From the sequence record OL362041.1: DNA of 64,000 nt, one strand, 5' to 3'. This document shows, in pieces, positions 57,921 through 64,000 of this stretch. Numbering within the stretch: the first letter of the stretch is position 1; every line of letters begins with the position of its first letter. The position numbers and the translations under genes are program-made. The notes under the pieces are model-generated. The model worked only from the letters and a program-made list of their open reading frames with translations. It searched no databases and was not told the DNA's origin. Source of the stretch: Escherichia phage vB_Eco_OMNI12.

Positions 57921-59978
57921 CTACATCTTGAACTTTTTAGACATTCCGTTGATGTTAACCAAAGAAGCTAAGATTTGAGAAACTTCGTTTTCCTCTTCTT
58001 TTGATTCTTCTACAAGGAATTGATTAAATCCAGCCATTGGACGAACTTCACCAGTTTCCATTAGATGGTCGCCATCATATACTGATTCTTCTAATTGTTC
58101 AGAAGGAGGAACGATTGTACCTTCGATTAGATACTTGTTATAAGCAGTTTCTTTCATAAAGTAAGTACTTACTTTATTAATCTTCAGTAAAATTCCACGT
58201 GGTAGAATAACTTCAGCTTCTGACGGAAATCCTGATAAATGACCCGGAACGATAACTTTGATTCGCTCAGCTCCTTTAATTACCATACCCACGCTAGTTT
58301 CAGCATCTTCATTAGCATATGTAGAATGACTACCCATATGCATCAAATCTTCTGCATCAACGGAACCTTCTCCTTCACCAGAAAATACTGCGCCGGAATC
58401 ATCTAGAGCCATATAGTTTTTACCATGCTCACCGAAGATATTTGGTTTAAGCGATGTGGATACGAAGTTCTTGAAATAGAACATTTTATTTTCAATGTTA
58501 TGACGCAAAGTTTTAAAGGTAACTTCTTGTCCACGGTAAAGTGTAGTTCCTGGAGGAAGAACTGAACCTTTAGCGAATGCAGAATCAAGCGTCTCAATAT
58601 GTTTAATAGCTCGTTCCATATATTCTTCACGGGTAGAATCTGGTTTACCCAAAAGGAACGAGTTCATTTCAACATATGAATCTGCACAATAATCTTCAAT
58701 TACATCAGATTCAGCTTGAGTTAATCCTTTTGGAGTTACTTCAGTGCTTGCGTATTCATATGCCTGAGCAGCAGATTCATTAATCAATTTATAAATGCCA
58801 TTCATGACAAATTGAATAATAGCTGTCTTTTCATCTGGCGTAGCTTTAGAACCTTTAACCAAATCATTGATAATTTTCTTAATAACATCAAAGCTATTAG
58901 AAATATTAATATCAGCAAGATCGCTTAAAATTTTATCAGTCTTATAATCAAAGAATTCTTTATTCTTTAAATATTCTTGAGAACCTTGATATGTTATATC
59001 GCTCTGTAACTTGATAGATGGATCACGTAAACGTGCATGGGCTAATGCAATATGATTTCGGAAGCTTTCGAGTTCATAATCACTAGATTTAAAACGAGAA
59101 GCGCTTCTCATACCGCCTATAGCTCCTTTGCTGAAGTTTGAACCAATTTGAATAACGCCAGAGTTCATTGGTCCTTCTGCTTTATACACCGGAACTTTAG
59201 ATTCAAACTCTTGATATTTCTTAGCAGCGAAGCTATCACCCTGAAGTGAAGCATCAACAGTAGAATATTGAGCTTGTGCTGCTAATCGACGACTAATTTT
59301 AGTTTTCTGAATAACAGCTTGGTCCGTGCGCTTATCATTTTCTAAAGCAATAGAAGCAGCAACAGCAACAGCTTTAGGAACAGCATTACCTGTTTTAACA
59401 TCTACATAAACATCACCAACCTTTGATTCAACTTTTGTGAATAACTCAGTTGAAATAGGAGGTACACCTGGAATGTCTTCTAAATTGGCATTTTTACGAT
59501 AAACCATAATATATGCGTACTTTTTATCATAATCCCAGATTTCCTTTAAAAGAACATATCGACCTGCTCCTTTAGTACGTACTAAACGGTCAGCAATAAC
59601 TTGCATTTGACGAGCAGCGCCATTTGTTTTACTCTTTAGTACGCGGAATAAGCATGCATCAATTTTATACTGTTTCATTGTTTGAAGAGCAGTATCAAAA
59701 ACAGCGTTAATGACGCCAATTGGATTTCCACCCAAGTTTCTAAGTTTAACCAGTGATAATTTCTCGTTGACACCTATCATTACGATATGCATCATTTTAT
59801 CGCCTGGCTTAACGTTTTTATTCGTATCACCACCAGAGGTGTATGTACAAAATCTAAATCCAGGAAGCACGCTTTCTTCGCCGGCTTGAATAGCAAAAAT
59901 TTGTGGTATTTTATGCTTAGGATTTAAGTTAACAACCGGCGCCGAAGCGCCGTCAAATAATTCTGTAATAAGTTCCAT
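57921..59978 (-). CDS. Alt-family mono-ADP-ribosyltransferase, second tandem paralog
   Basis: 685 aa MELITELFDGASAPVVNLNPKHKIPQIF...; R-S-ExE motifs (TLYRGQ, FVSTSL, EAEVILPRG); N-terminal ~210 aa similar to the adjacent Alt. Confidence 0.85.
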   Translation of the reverse strand: MELITELFDGASAPVVNLNPKHKIPQIFAIQAGEESVLPGFRFCTYTSGGDTNKNVKPGDKMMHIVMIGVNEKLSLVKLRNLGGNPIGVINAVFDTALQTMKQYKIDACLFRVLKSKTNGAARQMQVIADRLVRTKGAGRYVLLKEIWDYDKKYAYIMVYRKNANLEDIPGVPPISTELFTKVESKVGDVYVDVKTGNAVPKAVAVAASIALENDKRTDQAVIQKTKISRRLAAQAQYSTVDASLQGDSFAAKKYQEFESKVPVYKAEGPMNSGVIQIGSNFSKGAIGGMRSASRFKSSDYELESFRNHIALAHARLRDPSIKLQSDITYQGSQEYLKNKEFFDYKTDKILSDLADINISNSFDVIKKIINDLVKGSKATPDEKTAIIQFVMNGIYKLINESAAQAYEYASTEVTPKGLTQAESDVIEDYCADSYVEMNSFLLGKPDSTREEYMERAIKHIETLDSAFAKGSVLPPGTTLYRGQEVTFKTLRHNIENKMFYFKNFVSTSLKPNIFGEHGKNYMALDDSGAVFSGEGEGSVDAEDLMHMGSHSTYANEDAETSVGMVIKGAERIKVIVPGHLSGFPSEAEVILPRGILLKINKVSTYFMKETAYNKYLIEGTIVPPSEQLEESVYDGDHLMETGEVRPMAGFNQFLVEESKEEENEVSQILASLVNINGMSKKFKM

Positions 59979-59981
59979 GAT

Positions 59982-62036
59982 TTATCCTTGAACGAACTTG
60001 TAAGGCATGTTTGCAATATCTATACAAGACGCAATAATTCCAAGAGATGATTCTACTTTCTGTTTAACATTTGATGAAACAAATGATGCAAAATCAACTC
60101 TGTCTTCTATTTCAATATCACCTGTCATTGTAACTACTTCGCCGGTTTCCATTAGACGGTCACCGTCATAAATTACCGATTCGGTGAGTTCTTCTGTGGT
60201 CATAACTTCAGCTTGAATAAGCTTGTTGTTAGTTTTAACTGTTCCATCATTGTAAGATGCATCGGTTATTTTATTAACTTTGACCATTAATCCACGTGGC
60301 AAAATGACTTCCATTTCATTTGAAGGTGCTAAACTTCCACCTGGTAAAACAACATTGACTTTATCAGCCCCAGTAATAACCCATCCAATTCCAACTAAAT
60401 TATCGCTAGAATTTACTAGTCCTTCATCAGTTTTATCAATAGAAACACTTAAACGCTTTTCGTCTGGTAAAACACCCACAGATGAATCAGTCATCCAGGT
60501 ACCAAAAATATTTGGATATAATGATGTTGACACAAAATTTCTAAAATAAAAAACTCGATTTTTTACCAGTGCTTCATATATTGAAGGTAACATTCGTTGT
60601 GAACGATACAAAGTAATACCTTTTGGTAATCGTTCACCATTTTTAAAGGCAGAATCTAAATTATCAATAGCTTTTTCTATATCAGATGCTGTCAAAATAC
60701 TTGTACGCTCATCTGGATTATATAATCCCAAAAGAGCGTTATTTATGTCTACATATCCTGAACTTACGTATTCACGAATTCCGCGTTTTTGTGCCGGTGT
60801 GTATTTAGATGAATCTTTATTTTCGACTATAGGATGTAGTGACCATCCAGCGGTAAGAGCATATCCACGCAATTCTCTTCGAATAATCTTTGTTTTTATT
60901 GCATTCCAAGAATTTTGTACTAACTCATTCGCAGCATCTTGATTTAAATGCGAATGCTTGTTAATGTTTCTTTCTAACCAAGCACCTTTATATTTTTCTA
61001 AAGTATCATCAACTATAGAAGCAATAGTTTCTAAAGTTTTTATTGAAGTAATAGATTCTTTTCGTAATCTTTCTAAAGCTTTATTTTTTATTTCTGCATT
61101 AACATCAGATTCTTTATCTTCAGGAATTATAGAAGCTTCTCTGAATGCCATTCCAGCTGTAACACTACTAAGAGCATTCTCTAATGCAAATCCTGAAGTA
61201 GAAATAACAGTTAATTCATTAGCGTCAGAAATTAAAGGAGCGTCAGCAGGTTTATTTAATTCTGCTGCTGAAGCCTCAAATTTTTGAAACATCGGCGTTT
61301 CAAATCTAGAAGATTCCAATGATTGACTTTGCGCAATTGCTCTACGGGAAATTTTAACTTTAACGATTACAGCTTGGTCAGAACGTTTATCATTTTCTTG
61401 TGCAATAGATGCTGCAATTGCCTCATTTTTGGTTACTTGAACTCCGGTATCTTTATTGATATAAACATCACCGACCTTCGATTCAACTTTAGTAAAGAGC
61501 TCGGTACTAATTTCCGGAACTCCTGGAATGTCTTCTAGTGATACATTTTTGCGATGTATAAGAATATATGCATACTTTTTATCATAATCCCAGAGTTCCT
61601 TAAGAAGGACGTATCTGCCACCTGAACGACTACGGATAAGTCTATCAGCAATAACTTGAATTTGTCGAGCTTGACCAGCGGTTTTAGACTTAAGAATACG
61701 AAGCATACAAGCATCAATTTTATACTGACGCATTGTTTGCATTGCAACAGTAAAAACTGAATTGATATAATTAATTGGGCTTGGACCAAGACCTTTTAAT
61801 TTAGCAATTGAACCTTTAGCAGTTAATGTAAAAGGAACAATATGCATCATTTTATCGCCCATCTTTAAATCGCGATTAGTATCACCTCCAGATGTATAGG
61901 TACATAAACGAAAACCTGGTTGTTCAATTGCATCATCAACATGAACTGAAAAAATTTGTGGTATTTTCTTCTTTGGATTTAAGTTTGTAATCGGAAGAGT
62001 AGTATCTTCGTCAAATAATTCTGTAATAAGTTCCAT
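59982..62036 (-). CDS. alt: Alt ADP-ribosyltransferase (capsid-packaged)
   Basis: ORF track 59982..62039 (MMELITELFDEDTTLPITNL...); start at second Met; R-S-ExE motifs (TLYRSQ, FVSTSL, EMEVILPRG). Confidence 0.9.
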   Translation of the reverse strand: MELITELFDEDTTLPITNLNPKKKIPQIFSVHVDDAIEQPGFRLCTYTSGGDTNRDLKMGDKMMHIVPFTLTAKGSIAKLKGLGPSPINYINSVFTVAMQTMRQYKIDACMLRILKSKTAGQARQIQVIADRLIRSRSGGRYVLLKELWDYDKKYAYILIHRKNVSLEDIPGVPEISTELFTKVESKVGDVYINKDTGVQVTKNEAIAASIAQENDKRSDQAVIVKVKISRRAIAQSQSLESSRFETPMFQKFEASAAELNKPADAPLISDANELTVISTSGFALENALSSVTAGMAFREASIIPEDKESDVNAEIKNKALERLRKESITSIKTLETIASIVDDTLEKYKGAWLERNINKHSHLNQDAANELVQNSWNAIKTKIIRRELRGYALTAGWSLHPIVENKDSSKYTPAQKRGIREYVSSGYVDINNALLGLYNPDERTSILTASDIEKAIDNLDSAFKNGERLPKGITLYRSQRMLPSIYEALVKNRVFYFRNFVSTSLYPNIFGTWMTDSSVGVLPDEKRLSVSIDKTDEGLVNSSDNLVGIGWVITGADKVNVVLPGGSLAPSNEMEVILPRGLMVKVNKITDASYNDGTVKTNNKLIQAEVMTTEELTESVIYDGDRLMETGEVVTMTGDIEIEDRVDFASFVSSNVKQKVESSLGIIASCIDIANMPYKFVQG

Positions 62037-62059
62037 CATAGCCTCTCTAGTGTTTATTC

Positions 62060-62067
62060 TATTTATA
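62060..62067 (-). promoter_or_regulatory. Late promoter TATAAATA upstream of alt
   Basis: Minus-strand motif 24 nt upstream of alt ATG. Confidence 0.55.
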
Positions 62068-62073
62068 AAATTA

Positions 62074-62091
62074 AAGGCCCGAAGGCCTTTA
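62074..62091 (-). terminator. Stem-loop AAAGGCC-UUCG-GGCCUUU overlapping stop of the 62-aa ORF
   Basis: GC hairpin with UUCG loop. Confidence 0.5.
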
Positions 62092-62277
62092 GTAATCTAG
62101 TGGTAAGAGAGTACGATATATTTCAAACTTTGGTCCTTTTTCATAGGCATCAAATGTTTCTGTAAATTTATTATAAGCGTATGCATCTACAAATTCGAGA
62201 ATGACTTGTGATACAGAAGTAGAAACATCTCCACCTTCTTTTTGAGCAATGACAATTGTTTCTAAGTAAGCTTTCAT
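62089..62277 (-). CDS. Hypothetical small protein between ligase and alt
   Basis: 62 aa ORF overlapping ligase start. Confidence 0.55.
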   Translation of the reverse strand: MKAYLETIVIAQKEGGDVSTSVSQVILEFVDAYAYNKFTETFDAYEKGPKFEIYRTLLPLDY

Positions 62278-63737
62278 AAACCAGTTACCTCATGAAAATC
62301 ACCAAATACATCCTCGAATGTATTAGCTTTAGTTTTATCTTCACGTAAACGAATCGCAATCGGAAGAAATAATTTAACGTAATCAGTGCGGCCATCAGAT
62401 TTTAACCAACCGTTGCATTCGCACTCTAGAATTTTTCCAATATAATAATTTTGGTTTTCCATAATGCGAGTACGGTCAAGTTCATGCGATTTTACACCGG
62501 CTTTATCTTTTAAGCCTGAACCAGCATTTACCTTAATTTTTCCACACTCTGATTCAAGAATAAATCCACCCGCTTTAGTAGGGTCTTTACGGTGAGGATA
62601 AATTCCTACAATTTTTAAATCAACATCAATTACTTCTTTAAATTTATAGAGATTTTTTGAACGAGCATTTTCCCACAATCCATCGGTATTTTTGAGAATA
62701 ATACCTTCAAGACCTTGGTCAATATACTTTTTATAAATTACCTTAGCTTCATCTAGGTTATTTACTACCTGGTTTTCAATTAAAATTACTTTATCATAAC
62801 CTGATGTCATTTGTTCTAGTTTAGAAAAACGTACATCATATTTCAAACGAAATGCAGGAAGACCGTATATTTCTACCAACGGGACATAATCCCAGACCTG
62901 AAACTTCATGCATTGAGCTTCTTTTTCAGAAATGGTTCCCTTTAAAGATTTATTGGCGATGCCATTAGATGCAGTACGTGATTCAGCTACTTCGGCGAAT
63001 TCTTTAGCTTTACTAATTTCAGGATAAGCATCAAAAAGAAAATCTAGGCCTTCTGGCTCCTTTTCAACTTGCTCATGGTATACCAATTCGCCATCAATTA
63101 ACACACCTTCTGGATGAATCTGGCGGGCTTCAGCAGTCATTTTGATTAACTCTTCCTTAAGAAGATCTAATCCTAGATATTCATTACCAGCTCGTGATAA
63201 AAGACGAACATCATCTAATTCATCACCTCTGACTTCAGCAAAACACCGAGCTCCATCAGCTTTTAACTGGGCAAAGGCTGGAAATTTGATATTCTTACTA
63301 ATGCCTTTTTCATCATAAGAACTTGCAAGCATTTGAGGTTGTTCAGGAATTAAACCTGGCCAAACTTTGTTTGCAATAGATACTGAAGCACCGCATTCAA
63401 GGTCTCGCATCATCACCCGACGCAAAACTTCAACATCATCTTTTTTACCGTCAGTAATATATCCAGTTAATTCCTCAATTGCCGCATTTCCAGTCAATTT
63501 CCGAGTAGCTAACGTGAATTCAATGAAGTCAAGCATATCGGTAAGAGTCAACATTCCAAAACTCTGGGTAGCAATACCCGGTTTAGGCCATTTCTTGATA
63601 TAATACTGTAACCCACGAGAATAAGTCAGACGATATACTCGTTTAAGCAATTCATTATCTTTATTCTTTTCAAGAATTGCTTGCTTCTGCTTAGTTGAAC
63701 CAATAGATGCTATTTCGCTCAGAATTTTAAGAATCAT
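62274..63737 (-). CDS. 30: ATP-dependent DNA ligase gp30
   Basis: 487 aa MILKILSEIASIGSTKQKQAILEKNKDNELLKRVYRLTY... Confidence 0.96.
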   Translation of the reverse strand: MILKILSEIASIGSTKQKQAILEKNKDNELLKRVYRLTYSRGLQYYIKKWPKPGIATQSFGMLTLTDMLDFIEFTLATRKLTGNAAIEELTGYITDGKKDDVEVLRRVMMRDLECGASVSIANKVWPGLIPEQPQMLASSYDEKGISKNIKFPAFAQLKADGARCFAEVRGDELDDVRLLSRAGNEYLGLDLLKEELIKMTAEARQIHPEGVLIDGELVYHEQVEKEPEGLDFLFDAYPEISKAKEFAEVAESRTASNGIANKSLKGTISEKEAQCMKFQVWDYVPLVEIYGLPAFRLKYDVRFSKLEQMTSGYDKVILIENQVVNNLDEAKVIYKKYIDQGLEGIILKNTDGLWENARSKNLYKFKEVIDVDLKIVGIYPHRKDPTKAGGFILESECGKIKVNAGSGLKDKAGVKSHELDRTRIMENQNYYIGKILECECNGWLKSDGRTDYVKLFLPIAIRLREDKTKANTFEDVFGDFHEVTGL

Positions 63738-64000
63738 TGTTCATCCTTTAGAGTTTGGTTTACAGCTCTATTATAAATCAATTCATCATTAAGCTCAGTC
63801 AAAGACCTGTGGTACGTGGTTCTAACTTTATTTCCTTGCATCCAGTGCTTGACGTAAATGAAACCTTGCTCTACACATTTTTTAAAAATTCGTTCGTCTT
63901 TTTGAGCTCGGAATTCTGGATTGCATCTAAAAAATTGATTTACGTGACCGTAATCACGTGTAGTATTACCTTCATTTTCATAAATAGTATGAACAACAAA
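63734..64000 (-). CDS. Hypothetical protein, C-terminal part only (gene starts beyond window end)
   Basis: Open minus-strand frame ...KKCVEQGFIYVKHWMQGNKVRTTYHRSLTELNDELIYNRAVNQTLKDEQ ending in TGA overlapping ligase ATG. Confidence 0.45.
   Translation of the reverse strand, partial: FVVHTIYENEGNTTRDYGHVNQFFRCNPEFRAQKDERIFKKCVEQGFIYVKHWMQGNKVRTTYHRSLTELNDELIYNRAVNQTLKDEQ

Noticed and set aside
57921-62039. Possibility that the two Alt genes are an assembly duplication artefact
   Set aside because: The copies differ throughout, with strongly diverged central and C-terminal regions and distinct codon-level sequence, so they are true paralogs.

Overview
This window is a contiguous ~64 kb segment of a T4-like (T-even) myovirus genome, recognised from the translated ORFs; it is a close relative of T4 but not T4 itself (lysozyme differs at a few residues, Hoc is longer). 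Layout: a minus-strand early/middle block (partial P-loop ORF, denV, lysozyme e, nudE, small accessory ORFs, two internal-protein-like genes, a tRNA cluster with segB, more accessory ORFs, two more internal-protein-like genes, 57B, 57A, genes 1, 3, 2, 4); then a long plus-strand late block (53, 5, 5.1, 5.4, 6-12, wac, 13-24); then rnlB, hoc, inh (minus), uvsW (plus), uvsY/25/26 (minus), 51/27/28/29/48/54 (plus), and two tandem Alt ADP-ribosyltransferase paralogs plus DNA ligase (minus). The most notable observations are: four small genes carrying an N-terminal capsid-targeting-like motif, flanked by repeated promoter/stem-loop cassettes; two full-length Alt paralogs in tandem; a Hoc with a tandem triplication of one Ig-like domain; and denV interrupted by an in-frame TGA at codon 100. 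No CRISPR array or integrase was seen. All calls rest on reading the sequence and recalled T4 biology; no database search was run. CDS coordinates follow the ORF track (stop included), with several starts moved to an internal Met; motif coordinates were counted by eye and may be off by 1-2 nt.
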